NCBI RefSeq assembly: GCF_006345805.1
Contig: NC_043004.1
Location: 78,678,001-78,742,000, forward strand
DNA length: 64,000 nucleotides
Origin: Octopus sinensis
Taxonomy: Eukaryota
Direction: 5' to 3'
Part shown: in pieces, positions 39,840-52,662 of the stretch
How the letters are laid out: every line of letters starts with the position of its first letter
How positions within the stretch are numbered: position 1 is the first letter of the stretch
Notes under the pieces: model-generated
The model's input: only the letters and a program-made list of their open reading frames with translations
What the model was told of the DNA's origin: nothing
Database searches by the model: none
Program-made: the position numbers and the translations under genes

Positions 39840-40560
39840 CATCATCATCATCATCATCATTTAGCGTCCGCTTTCCATGCTAGCATGGGTTGGACGGTTC
39901 AACTGGGGTCAGTGAAGCTGGGATGCTTCGTCAGGCCCAGTCAGATCTGGCAGTGTTTCTACGGCTGGATGCCCTTCCTAACGCCAACCACTCCGTGAGT
40001 GTAGTGGGTGCTTTTTACGTGCCACCCGCACAGGTGTCAGACAGAGTTGGCAAACGGCCATGAACGGATGGTGCTTTTACGTGTCACCGGTACGGGGCCA
40101 GGCGATGTTGGCAACGGACACGAACGGATGGTGCTTTTACGTGCCACCGACACGGGGGCCAGACAGAGCTGGCAAACGGCCACGAATGGATGGCGCACAG
40201 GTGTCAGACGAGTTGGCAAACGGCCATGAACGGATGGTGCTTTTACGTGTCACCGGTACGGGGCCAGGCGATGTTGGCCACGGACACGAACGGATGGTGC
40301 TTTTTACGTGCCAACCGCCACGGGCCAGACAGAGATGGCAAACGGCCACGAATGGATGGTGCCTATTACGTATACGTGTCACGGCAACGGGGGGCCAGGT
40401 GAGGCGGCAATGGACACGAACAGATGGTGATTTTACGTGCCACCGACACGGGGTCCAGACAGAGCTGGCAACGGCCACGAACGGTGGTGCTTTTACGTGT
40501 CACCGGCACCCGGGCCAGGCGGGGCTGGAGCGGACACGAACGGATGGTTCGCTTAACCAC
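39840..40560 (-). mobile_element. Family B copy with expanded internal ~60-bp tandem array
   Basis: About 9 copies of cacgaacggatggtgcttttacgtg; 167-bp higher-order duplication (40028 vs 40195). Confidence 0.8.
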
Positions 40561-40659
40561 AGCTGCAATTCCCACTGATGTTGATCAACCTCAATTTTGG
40601 TTCTGCTTTCTGATATATGATTTGATTGGTTTGATTTTGCATTGTTCTCACTGGTCTTG

Positions 40660-41555
40660 CCGGGTCTTCTCGCTGCACAGCATACTTCCATAGGTCTCGG
40701 TCTCTGGTCATTTCCTTGGTGAGACCTAAGTTCGAAGGTCGTGCTCAACACCACTCTCGACCAGGTTTCCTGGGTCTACCTCTTCACCCACAGGTCCCCT
40801 CAACTGCCAGGGTGTGGCACTTTTTCACACACCTATCTTCATCCATTCTCGCCACATGACCATACCAGCACAATCGTCTCTCTTGCACACAGTCGTCTCT
40901 CAAGGTACTTACACTCTGTCGACTATGAACACTGACATTACACATCCAACAGGAGCATACTAGCTTCATTTCTTGCAAGCTTATGCAAATCCTCAGCAGT
41001 CACAGCCCAAGTTTCACTACCATGTAGCATGGCTGTATGTACACATGCATCATACAGTCTGCCTTTTACTCTGAGCAAGAGGCCTTTTGTCACCAGCAGG
41101 GGTAAGAGCTCTCTAAACTTTGCCTAGGCTATTCTTACTCTAGCAGTTACACTTTCAGCACACCCGCCCCCGCTACTGACTTGGTCACCTAGGTAGCGGG
41201 AGCTATCAACTACTTCTAGTTTTTCTCCCTGAAACGTAATAGAAGTTGGTCTCTGCATATTTTCAGAGTTTATTGCTCCTGAGCATCTGCCACAGATAAA
41301 AACTATTTTCTTAGTTAGTCTTCCTTTGACATTACTACATCTCTCATGTGTCCATAGCTTACATTTGGTGCATCTTATAGAGTTTCTACTTACGCCTTTT
41401 CTACAGATCGAGCAAGGCCATCTACCTGAAGGCGTTTGTGATTGGTCTACCTTCCTACTTATTAGGACTTTGGTTTTGGCTAAGTTGATTCTAAGGTCCT
41501 TTGATTCTAAACCTTCCACACCTGAAACTTCTCCTCCCTTGTGGGTAGTAAAGAA
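40660..41555 (-). mobile_element. RTE-clade LINE 3' portion (RT C-terminus with PHD-like finger)
   Basis: INLAKTKVL...C4HC3 finger...LEVVDSSRYLG; downstream RRL.WYGHVARMDEDR.VKK...RGRPRKTW; frameshifted. Confidence 0.85.
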
Positions 41556-41663
41556 ATAGGTATCCCTCTAGTAGTATATTGGATATTTATTATCCCTTAG
41601 ATGGTTGTCTAACCTCTAACTCATATGTACGTAATTATCAGCATGGAAAATGGATGTTAAACA

Positions 41664-41695
<32 letters not shown>

Positions 41696-43139
41696 CATCA
41701 TCATCATCGTTTAACGTCTGTTTTCCGCGCTAGCACGGTTCGACCGGGGTCTGGGGAGCCAGGGGCTGCTCCAGGCTCCAGTCTGATCTGGCAGTGTTTC
41801 TACAGCTGGATGCCCTTCCTAACGCCAACCACTCCGCGAGTGTAGTGGGTGCTTTTTACGTGCCACCTGCACAGGTGCCAGAGGGGTCTGGCATCGGCCA
41901 CGATCGGTTGTGCTTTTTATGTGCCACCGGCACAGAAGCCAGTCGAGGCGGGCCTACAACCACGTCGTTGGAAAGCAAACTTCTTACCACACAGCCATGG
42001 CTGTGCCTAAAAAAAAAATAGGGTGCACTCAATGCACAACTGAGATATTGCCCTGCCCCATTATATTACTGGTAACCTTGTTTCTTCCTTACAAACTAAG
42101 AAACCAGTTTACTAGCATAAAATCAACATATTCCTTCAGAGGTGTAAATAAAATAGTTGACTCAGTGAAGATGTAGGCAAAAGGCAGTGAGCTGGCAGAA
42201 TCGTTAGCACACCAGGCGAAATGTTTAGCTGTATTTCGTCTTTACATTCTGAGTTCAAATTCTGCCAAGGTCGACTTTGCCTTTCATCCTCTTCAGGTTG
42301 ATAAATTAAGTACCAGTTGCGTACTGGAGTCGATCTAATCGACTGGCACCCTCCACAAAAACTTCGGGCCTTGTGCTAGAGAGAAGAAATGAGGTGTAGG
42401 GCATGAACCCTGTTGTTAAAGGTTTGCAATGTCATATCGTTTTAGGTTCAAAGGCAACGAGCTGGCAGAATCGTTAGCACACTGGGCGAAATGCTTAGTG
42501 GTATTTCGTCTGTCTTTACGTTCTGAGTTCAAATTCCGCCAAGGTTGACTTTGCCTTTCATCCTTTTCGGGGTTGATAAATTAAGTACCAGTTGCATAGT
42601 GGGGTCGATCTAATCAACTGCCCCCACCTCCCCCCAAAATTTTAAGCCTTTTGGCTAGAGTAGAAAAGAATGACGTTTTAGGTTCAGTCCCACTGTGCAG
42701 TACCTTGGGCAAGTGTCTTCCATTATAATCCTGACAGGAAGGTGTATGGCTTAATGGTTAGGGTATTTGGTTCATGACTGTAAGGTCATGAGTTCGATTC
42801 CAAGCAGCATGTTGTATTCTTGAGCAAGACACTTTACTTCCCGTTGCTCCAGCTGGCAAAAATGAGTTGTACCTGTAATTCCTGCCTTGTCACATGACAT
42901 TCTATGTCATGCTGAATCTCCCTGAAAGTTACGTTAGTAGTATTCTTGTCTGTGGAGTACTCAGCCACTTGCATACTAATTTCACAAGCAGACTGTTCTG
43001 TTGATTGGATCATCTGGAACCTTCATCGTTGTAATCAATGGAGTAGCAATTTCTTTTAAAGTCTTGGAGCAACCATTGCCTTGTTAAGTGAATTTGGCAA
43101 ATGGTAACAGTGAGAACCCTGTTCTATGTGTCTCTCTGT

Positions 43140-43263
43140 GTATCCATCCATCTATCTATCTGTCTATCTATCTATCCATCTATCTATCTATCTATTCATC
43201 CATCTATCTCTCTGTATCTATCTATCCATCCATCTATCTATCTATCTATCAATCCATCCATCC

Positions 43264-43331
<68 letters not shown>

Positions 43332-43340
43332 GTCTATCTC
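43140..43340. repeat. (CTAT/CCAT)n microsatellite
   Basis: Directly visible; explains the three overlapping IYLS-rich ORFs. Confidence 0.95.
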
Positions 43341-43722
43341 TCTTTTACTCTTTTACTTGTTTCAGTCCTTTTTGACTGCGGCCATGCTGGAGCACCGCCT
43401 TTAGTCGAGCAAATCGACCCCAGGACTTATTCTTTGTAAGCCTAGTACTTATTTTACCGGTCTGTTACGGGGACGTAAACACACCAACATCAGATGTCAA
43501 GGGATGTTGGGTGGGGTGGGGGGTAACACAGACACACAAACACACATATACATATATACAACAGGCTTCTTTCAGTTTCCGTCTACCAAATCCACTCACA
43601 AGGCTTTGGTCGGCCCGAGGCTATAGTAGAAGACACTTGCCCAAGGTGCCACGCAGTGGGACTGAACCCGGAGCCATGTGGTTGGTAAGTAAGCTACTTA
43701 CCACACAGCCGCTCCTGCGCCT
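43340..43722 (-). mobile_element. SINE family A, young copy next to a (CTAT)n array
   Basis: Near-consensus sequence with CpGs retained. Confidence 0.85.
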
Positions 43723-44860
43723 ATCTGTCTATCTATCTGTGTGTATGTGTGTTGTCTTCCTATGGCTGACAACCAGTGTAGGTTTGCTGATATCCCTGTA
43801 ACACAACTGTTTGACAAACAGAGATCAATGGAATGACAACCAGACACAAAATAAGTCCTGGGGTTCATTTGTGTGAATAAGCTTGTCAAGACAGTGCTCC
43901 AGCAAGGCCGCAGTTCAATGACTGAAGCAAGAAAAAAAAATAATAAGTGCAAGAGCTTTTTTTTTTTTCCTGAAGTTTTTACATGGTCGTTCGGTCTGCT
44001 AGAAATAGCAGCCTCATAATCAACTACTGAAAATGTATTCTTAGTTTCACTTAAAAAATTGGATGGTCGTGGTAGGAACGCCTTTGTTGTTCATATATCT
44101 GTTCGATCGTAGTTGAACTGAGGCTAAACAACATCATCATCATCAGCAGCACCAACAGATCTTTTATTTTTGTACTGGTTTCAGCCAAAGGCTTGGGCCA
44201 TGCTGGAGCATCGCCTTCATCAAGTAAGGGTAAATCACAAACTCGAAATCAATGAGAACTCAATTTGTTGTGGGTATTCAGTCGGATGGTCCGCTATACC
44301 CTTTCTGCTATAGTGGTTTCTAACATTAACAAAAGGGCACGAATTTAGGGGGAAAAGGTACCCTTGAAGATTAGAACGAATTTTATTATATACCTGGGTG
44401 GCTGGGGGGGAGAATATGGTCGAATGGTTAAGAAATTAGCTTTGTAACGAGGAGGACCTGGGTGGTATTTTGACCAAGTGTCATTTTGCTATAGATTCGG
44501 GTTAAACTATACCTTATCAGGGAAACTGGGTAGACGGAAACGTTTTACTTTATTTCTGTCTCTGGAAAAAAAAAGGCACAATTCTCATGTCTGACGCCAA
44601 AGTATAAATAAGAAAATAAAGTTAATTACGTTTGTGTTTAAGTAACAAACACCATGCAGAGAAATGCTTTAATAATTATTTGTCGCTTACGAGTAAAACA
44701 ACTAAATAATATAAAGAAGTCGTATACTAATTTAGATCATCGTAATGTTTAAAATAATATTAAAATTATTGACATAATTAGGTTTGGAAACTTTACCATC
44801 AAATAAAACAAAGAATTGTTTTCGTAATAAAGTGAATGTTGTAAGCGGCCCGTACAGCTG

Positions 44861-44872
44861 CAAGATGGCAGC
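44861..44872 (+). promoter_or_regulatory. YY1-like motif CAAGATGGCAGC, probable TSS-proximal region
   Basis: Matches the AAGATGGC core in a locally CpG-richer, non-repeat patch next to splice signals. Confidence 0.4.
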
Positions 44873-44991
44873 TTCCATCGTTGCCACGTCGAGTCTTCAA
44901 TGGATTGTTACTCTCACTCTCTGCTGAACGATACGCACTTTGGTCTTACGATACTGTATTTAGGTATTTCGTTTATCTTTTTATCTTTAGC

Positions 44992-45052
44992 ATGTCTTTT
45001 AAGATTACTCAACGACTCTGGTTTTATTGGCAAGTGTTTGTGTTAGAAACCG
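44992..45052 (+). CDS. Putative first coding exon of a second gene (MSFKITQRLWFYWQVFVLET-G), possibly serine palmitoyltransferase small subunit-like
   Basis: Preceded by tttatctttttatctttag, followed by strong donor CG|GTGAGT; aromatic-rich peptide resembles the WFYYQYLLVTA/TG segment preceding LYMLEPWE in ssSPT proteins; that next exon was not found in the window. Confidence 0.3.
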
Positions 45053-47142
45053 GTGAGTTTATTGAAAGCCCAACACAGCCACAAATAATCGCTTTTATCA
45101 TTTATTAATCCTCTCTCTCTATCAAGCATTGATTAATTTACTAATTTACTAGCTGAGGGTTGACCACTGCCGAATTGTTTAGTACTGTAAAAAATCTTTT
45201 AAAATTCACATGAATTTAGTTTATGGTACCTAATAGTGCCTGAATAAGATCAAACATTTTAGCAGTGATACAAAAACCACAATTACTTGTTATGTTGACA
45301 GCTGCTTGACTCACAACCAATATTTTCCTTTTCTAACATTCCTCTCAAAGTAATCAAAACACAAGTAATTTTAATATATAACTTTATATATTAATTTTTC
45401 TCCTGAACGTCCATATTAACCCCCCTAAATTACTTATTAAGCTTTAATAAACTCCACAATAATCTCAGACAAGCATCTGTCTTCTGTTCTAAGTGTTTGT
45501 CTCTGTTCCACATGTCCTATTTCTATTAAAACCATTTTGGGTAGCAGAGGTGGAGGGTTTCCTCCACCGATGTCATTTAATCAAGTAAATTTGTCTTCTA
45601 GCGTCAATTTTAAACGACTCCAATTTTACTGGATCTGATCTAATTACATCCATTTATGCCTTCGTTTTTACACTTCCGCTCTTATGATTTCTTATTAGTT
45701 TTCTATAATATTAAAAAAACACATATTTTTAAAAATTAATTCTACATATCAGACATCGATTTATTATAGGGCAATAATTTAGTGCCATTTAGTTATAAAC
45801 AAGAGAGAGAGAATGTTCAAACTTTTATCCCTTTATTTATTTATTTTATTTTTATTTATTTATTTAAAGAAAAAAATTTAACCGAATTATATATATAGTT
45901 GAGATTTATCCCCCAGACGGGCTCTGAATAATCAAAAGACTTGCCATTCGTGCCCTCACTTTTTTTCAGGCATAATCTATCTAGGTCTCCTTCATGTCAC
46001 ACGTCTTTTTAAAACGTGAGGTTAACGAGATTTAGCTGCTATTTCTAGCAGGTTACAACACCACGTAGATTCTACCTCGTCGCTTCGTTCGTTATATTAC
46101 GATGGTTATGCTATTTTTTTTTTGTATTTACGTGTATGTCAGCCTTTCGTCACACATTTACGCATTTCTTTGTGAAATTGTTTTTTTTTATAAATGTATT
46201 TCATTCAACATTTAAGAAAAAAAAAACCCCTCAAAAGTTTCGTCTCTTGAGAACTTACAGAGTAAATATTCTTTAATTGTAGTCGATACTCTGTAAATAA
46301 AGTGATTTCAGACATGAATATATAACATCTGTCTGGTGTTATTTGTGAATTTTACAATCTACTCTGACTGTAGATTAGTATAATATTAATTCCCCCGATA
46401 TAACAACACACGGCTGTAACACCCAAAGAAAACAACAAGCACCATTTCTCTTTGCGGTGTTTAAAGATTTACGTCATCGAATATCTTCACGTTTCTTTCT
46501 CTTTCTTCTGAAAACCTGCAATGTTTTGACAGTTCTACACGGCACCACTGCAATAACAACTTGGAATAATACACATGCATACACATACATTAAAAATAAA
46601 ATACCTACACATACGTACACGAATATTTATTATGCAAACATATTTACATACAAACACATTTGGATACACGTACATATATACACATATGCACTTACACGCA
46701 CACCCGTATATTTATACATATATATGTATATATATATACACAAATGCTACATACATAGATATAAGGATATTCTCAAGACGCAAATTAAACTGCATCTGGC
46801 TGCACACATTTATGTAATTGACAAAGGTGCATGGCACAAGACAATACTGCTGTAACAAGATGCATAGTTTTTAATAACCATTCTAAAACCCACATAAATA
46901 CACGTAGAGAAATCTATTGAAACGCAAAATAGTAGAGGCCTTTCGTAATGTTCCTTTAACACCATTATTCTCTTAAAAAAAAAAAAAACTCAGCAAAACA
47001 AAGACATTTTTCATCGGTTATATATTTCAAATTTCGATGTTTAATGCGGAAAAAACAAATATCTTCGTATTCATTATCCACTTTCCACATGATAATTAAT
47101 TACACCAAGAATCTGATTTAAGTTTATTGTCACACACACATA

Positions 47143-47178
<36 letters not shown>

Positions 47179-48752
47179 GAACAACATATGTATGAGAAAT
47201 TACAAATGCTATTCCTATTGTATTTTTAATTAGTGCTAATAAAACTAAATTACCACCCAAGAGCTTTCACATCACTATTTCCCTCCTGTTTGATTTCCCT
47301 TATTCTTGTACCTTCTTTTTATCTCTATATTTATCCAGTCTAAACACACACACACACACAGACTTCTCTTTGTTCACTTTTAAATAAGTCTGCAGTTATT
47401 TCTGCTCTTCCCATCGCATCATCATGTCACACCCATCCGTCTAACTCGCTTGCTTTCACCTCATTACATCAAATTATGCTTAATTAGCCGCTCCGATCTT
47501 TCGCTACAAGTTAAACTTTATTTTTTCCCCTGCCATTTCAACAAGTTTACTCCTTAGATTCTGTAATCTCTTTTACTCCAATTTCTTCACTTTTTGGATA
47601 TTTTCCACTCTTCATCGTTTCTTCTGCTGATTTTTCAAAAAACTTCACTATCCACACGTCAGCAGTTTTAATTTTATTTTGGCAAAAATCTTCACGACTC
47701 AGTGGAACTTAATGATGCTAAGTTCATTGTTATTGTTGTTCTGCCTTATGTTAAATCTAGATATTTCTCTGTTAGATGTATTTTATTTCTCTCTCGTAAT
47801 TTGGTACAACCTGACAGAATACACCCCGCTGCGTTCTGGACTCGTATCCCCCAGGAGTCAGTGTTGCCTGTCATACTAGCCGACCCCTAACGACGATTTA
47901 ATCGACTACATATGCAATGTGAATGACAATTACTATTGAGTTTAGCCCCGGGTTAAAAATGGTCGTACACACTCATGATCAAAAGCATTCTAGACCTACA
48001 TTGTGCGCCTTCATTGTCTAAGACGCTAGTGTCTGATTTGAGGTAGGTTTGGCTGCTGTTTCTAGCAGAGTTAACCCCCACATAGTGACTCTCTTGTTGG
48101 ATCGTTGCAAAAGGAAATGAAGATTGTATGTGCACGGTTCTTATAGCATAGTGAACGACTTGGCAAAGATTCTACACTGTCACAATCTTTTATTTTCGCT
48201 TTGTGTGCAGAAATTAAAATGGAGAGTTATACAAACTTAACTGTCGCCATCTCAAGAATTTCTTTCCTTTTTTTTCTTTTTACTTCAAAGTCGATATCGG
48301 TTCGTTGATTTTAATCAATATAAAATAAAATCCTTCTTTATGTGTAGATTTGAACTTTGTTTTTTACTGGTTTAACATAAAGTATTTTTTTTCTCTTCTA
48401 GTTGGTTTCACAGACACGATAACAGGCTTTGTGTCTGTGACTCAACTCCTATTGATTTCCGACTCGACAGTTATTTCTATGCAAACATTAGATGTTAACT
48501 TATAAGAATAAGCCTGAAGTTTAGTGGGCGCGAGCAAGCTTTACAGAGCCTCCTCCCCGAATGGAAATGGATAAATTCGCTTAAGACTTGGTTTGAAGAT
48601 TTACTTCACTTTCAATTCAGTTTCCCGATAATCTTTGGGGGAAGGGTTTAGTTTCCACTTTCACTTTTGCTCGTCAGTAGCTGGCAATGATTTCGTTTGA
48701 CGGTCTGGGTGTTTTGGGTTGCAATGAAAATATCTTGTTTGTTGTGAAGTTA

Positions 48753-48920
48753 CCATATATTTACTCGTGTATAAGTCGCACCCCTAATTTAGTGTTGAAT
48801 GACGGGGCGAAATTTCCTCTTCATAATTTTGGCTTTTCCCCTTGTATAAGTCGCACCCTATTTTTTTCCCTCTCCAACTCAAGCATAAAAAAGTGTGACT
48901 TGAACACGAATAAATACGGC
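48753..48920. mobile_element. pogo/Tigger-like MITE
   Basis: ccatatatttactcgtgtataagtcgcac and gtgtgacttgaacacgaataaatacgg inverted ends; internal copy of tgtataagtcgcaccc. Confidence 0.6.
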
Positions 48921-50240
48921 AATTTGTTTCGTTTTGGAATCCTTTTTCTCCTATTTCAGCTGCAATTAAGACGTGTTATTCTTCCTAAACACAAGGATCG
49001 ATCAATCACGTTACATTGCCTTCGATATACACACCTCTATCAGAATTCTGAGGTCTCCTGCCACTCTACTCCTCATCACACAACCTTCTCATCACTGTTA
49101 CTCATACTTCTGTCACGCTTCTCACTATGCAAAGAGGTTGTTGAGGGAGCAGAAATGTGGGGATGTGAGGCCCTTTTAGTCACGTGACGATGACATCAAA
49201 CCTCTCTAGTGCTGATGTCACGAAAAAGAAATCCTTCTGTACGCCCTGTAAAGTGGTTGGTGTTAGGAATGGTATCCAGCCATAGAACTCTAACCAAAGT
49301 AAACTGTGTGATGAGATCCTTTGAACCATATCAATGAGCAGAATTCCCAAATGCATGCTGATCCTAACTGTGCCAATCCTTCCACCCCATGACTGCATGG
49401 AAAGTGGACATTAAACCACACACACACACACACACACAGTCAGCTTCTTTCAGTTTCTCAAATCTCTTCATAAGGTTTTGCAGAAGACACACATGCCCAT
49501 TGTGCTGCTTAGTGGGACTGAACTCATGACCACATGCTTGGAAAGCAAGCTTCTCAACCACATAGCTTCACATGTACCTTTTAAGCAATGCTTGTACCTA
49601 TATCCACAATGGCATGTATAGCCATGCCTGGTTCACCATCTGAGCATGATCGTTGCCAGAGCGGCTAACTGGCTTCCGTGCCGGTGGCATGTAGGAGGCA
49701 CCATTCGAGTGGGATCATTACCAGCATCGCCTTATTGGCACCTGTATCATTGGTATGTGTAAAAAAAAAAAAAGATTTCGAGCGTGGTCGTTGCCAGTAC
49801 TGCCTGACTGCACCCCGTGCCTGTGGCACATAAATGCACTCACTACACTCTCGGAGCGGTTGGCGTTAGGAAGGGCATCCAGCTGTAGAAACTCTGCCAA
49901 ATCAAGATTGGAGCCTGGTGCAGCCATCTGGTTTGCCAGCCCACAGTCAAACCGTCCAACCCATGCTAGCATGGAAAGCGGACATTAAACGATGATGATG
50001 GTGATGATATATATATATATATATAGAGAGAGAGAGGTGTGGCTATAGATGCAAGTGATACACACACACACATATCGTTGCTATTCTGCAAAAGTGTCAT
50101 AAGTCCAAAACGTTGCTTTTTCAGAAAACGAAAAAATAGTTTCACCATTCCATTTCTTTTTGCATCAGCAACAGTTTCAGCTTAACAATAATACTTTGTT
50201 GGTTTCATAAAGCCGTAACTCCATGCATGTATGACACACA

Positions 50241-50271
<31 letters not shown>

Positions 50272-50453
50272 GCATGCATAAAGGTCATTCAAGTTAAGGA
50301 GAGATTGATAGCCTAATTAATCAGAAGTGGAATCTCATTAGATGAGATGCAGTTTGGTTTTGTGCCGGGGAGATGTACGACTGATGCTATCTTCTTGGAC
50401 AATTTCAGACATCACTATTTCTACCAATCATCTCCTTGTGCCTTCAGCCACTG

Positions 50454-50487
<34 letters not shown>

Positions 50488-51714
50488 ATACTCCATTCTT
50501 AACATCTCTCTTATCTCAATGTCCCTGCCTTCTCATCATGCCCCACTTACTGTAGTCCCAGATGTACCTCTATGTCTCCATCTCTACTGCTTTTACATTT
50601 TACACACCACCCCACTCCTGTTCCTGAGCCACTCCTATATCTCTCATCTTACCCTTCTTAAGCGGCTGGCATAAGGAAAGGCATCCAGCCATAGAAACCA
50701 TGCCAAAGCTGATGTGTCAAACTGTCCAACCCATGCCTGCATGGAAAATCGGCATTAAATGATCATGATGAGGATATATAAAGCTTTGCTGGCTGCTAAA
50801 CATAATGAAAGAAAAATTGCTGCAGTTGATGAAATGAAAGTGGGATATAAACCCTGGAATTGCCAAGTTTTCTTGGAAGAAATGAATAAGCTGCTACAGA
50901 GTTGCTATATATGCCAGAAACAGCAGCCAAATCTGTCTCTAAAAGTGAAAGAGGAAATATGTACTGGATAATGTAGCTCAAATTAAACTGTCTGAGAAGA
51001 TGTACTAGTGGCATGTAGACTGTCCTTCATCATAGGCTGCTTGCTTGATCAGAGCAGAGCTAGGGTGAGGCAACTGCTAGAAATTTAGATTTTTTTTGAG
51101 ATTTTTTTTCTTCTTCTCTTACTCAATAATGAATATGTCGAAGTCCACTTTGTTTCGTGCTAGTTTCAGAATACAATGTAAAAATCACTGTTTCGGTGAG
51201 CTGGCAGAATTGTTAGCATGCCGGGCAAAATACTTAGCGGTATTTTGTCTGTTGTTACATTCTGAGTTCAAATTCCACCGAGGTCAACTTTGCCTTTCAT
51301 CCTTTCAGGGTCGATAAATTCAGTACCAGTTATGCACTGGGGTCGATATGATTGATTTAATCCGTTTGTTTGTCCTTGTTTGTCCCTTCTGTGTTTAGCC
51401 CCTTGTGGGTAGTAAAGAAATAGGCATTTTGTCTGCCGTTACATTATGAGTTCATATTCCGTTGAGGTTGACTTTGCTTTTCATCCTTTCAGGGTTGATT
51501 AAATAAGTACCAATTACGCACTGGTGTCGATGTAATCGACTTAATCCTTTTGTCTGTTCTTGTTTGTCCCCTCTATGTTTAGCCCCTTGTGGGCAATAAA
51601 GAAAGAAATATTAACATTGTTGATGATGTTTGACTAACAGGTGGACAGAATTATTATATCTGACTGAGATTTTAAAATTGTTCTAAACACACATTTCTGG
51701 ACCCTAAGCTATTT

Positions 51715-52008
51715 AACCCTTTTGATACTAAACCACTTGAAACTGCCTTGGTCTATGATACTAACATCCTGTTTAAACCCTTCTGATACCAATGTGCCTG
51801 AACCTGTTCTCTCCTGGTTCCATGATAGAAACTTTCTGCTTTAACATAATCTAATTAAAACTTTCCCACCAAAATTTTGTGTTAATTTAATTTCAAAATA
51901 CCAAGTTGATAATGACAAACTTATTTCACTAAATTCATCATAATTTTCAAAATGAACTGAAACAAAGGCTGTGTATCTCAATAGAAATATGGCAACAAAA
52001 GGGTTAAA
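51715..52008. mobile_element. piggyBac-type MITE, second family (related copy at about 62815-63040)
   Basis: ttaacccttttgatac ... gcaacaaaagggttaa inverted ends. Confidence 0.6.
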
Positions 52009-52075
52009 GTGATCTTGTTTTGACTTTCTGTTGTTTTCTGTTAATCCATTTGAAAATTCTGGAATTATCAGCACT

Positions 52076-52662
52076 CCCCATCGGCATCTGTCCGTCTCGA
52101 GAGACGATGGTGTAGCTCAGAAAAGGTGGTGGGTTTATCTGCCTCTTCCGTTGAGCTACAAGGCCTGGGCAGGTTTGTATGAGGGATCAGCTGTTGCCCA
52201 TGCAGTTTGATCCCCCCTCTCCATGCAGCTGGTAGCTCCAAGGGAACGACAGGTCGATACAGCTTGGTACTAGATGCGTCGCAGGAGTTGCTGGTGGTGA
52301 CATGTTGTGTCAGGTCACCTTAGGGACTCCAGCTCCGGATTTTCTGTCGGGGTTTACCCCCTTAGCCTTCCCCAGGAGGGGTTCTTGCCGCAAGACAGCG
52401 GAGGTTTGAAATAGGAATTTCCCTCTCCTAGTTGGGCTGCCAGTCAAGGCTATCGAGCCACAACTACCCAAAGCAACTGGTTTTAAGGTGCCAGTGACTC
52501 GCCTTTGCCCCTTCTCCTGTCAGTGGGAACAGTTTTACCGCGGGAAGGCCAGGAGTTGGACTTGACTATCAGAGGCTATTTGAGACGCACGCCATGGGAG
52601 CACTTTGTAGGCAGTGGGAGCTTATCCCTGCTACCACTCCCGGCTATGACAGCGTTTGAAAC
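52076..52662 (-). mobile_element. Bipartite non-autonomous RTE-derived element (5' UTR plus 3' tip)
   Basis: 11-bp TSD ttatcagcact (52065-52075, 52663-52673); GC-rich; minus strand resembles RTE/BovB-type 5' UTR (ctaggagagggaaattcctatttcaaacctccgctg...) as recalled. Confidence 0.7.

Noticed and set aside
40020-40560. CRISPR-like repeat/spacer appearance
   Set aside because: Eukaryotic context, no cas genes, the 'spacers' are homologous to each other, and the unit is an internal repeat of SINE family B.
43088-43439. Three overlapping ORFs rich in IYLS
   Set aside because: Translations of a (CTAT)n microsatellite.
44964-44990. 27-nt GT...AG mini-intron
   Set aside because: Far below usual metazoan intron length; more likely an alternative donor and an acceptor belonging to different introns.
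45549-45568. Perfect 8-bp GC-rich hairpin (ggtggagg-gttt-cctccacc)
   Set aside because: Isolated; not a histone stem-loop, and no nearby CTAG Helitron end; could be chance.
48687-49187. 166-aa ORF
   Set aside because: Spans a pogo-like MITE and SINE-associated sequence; no protein signature.
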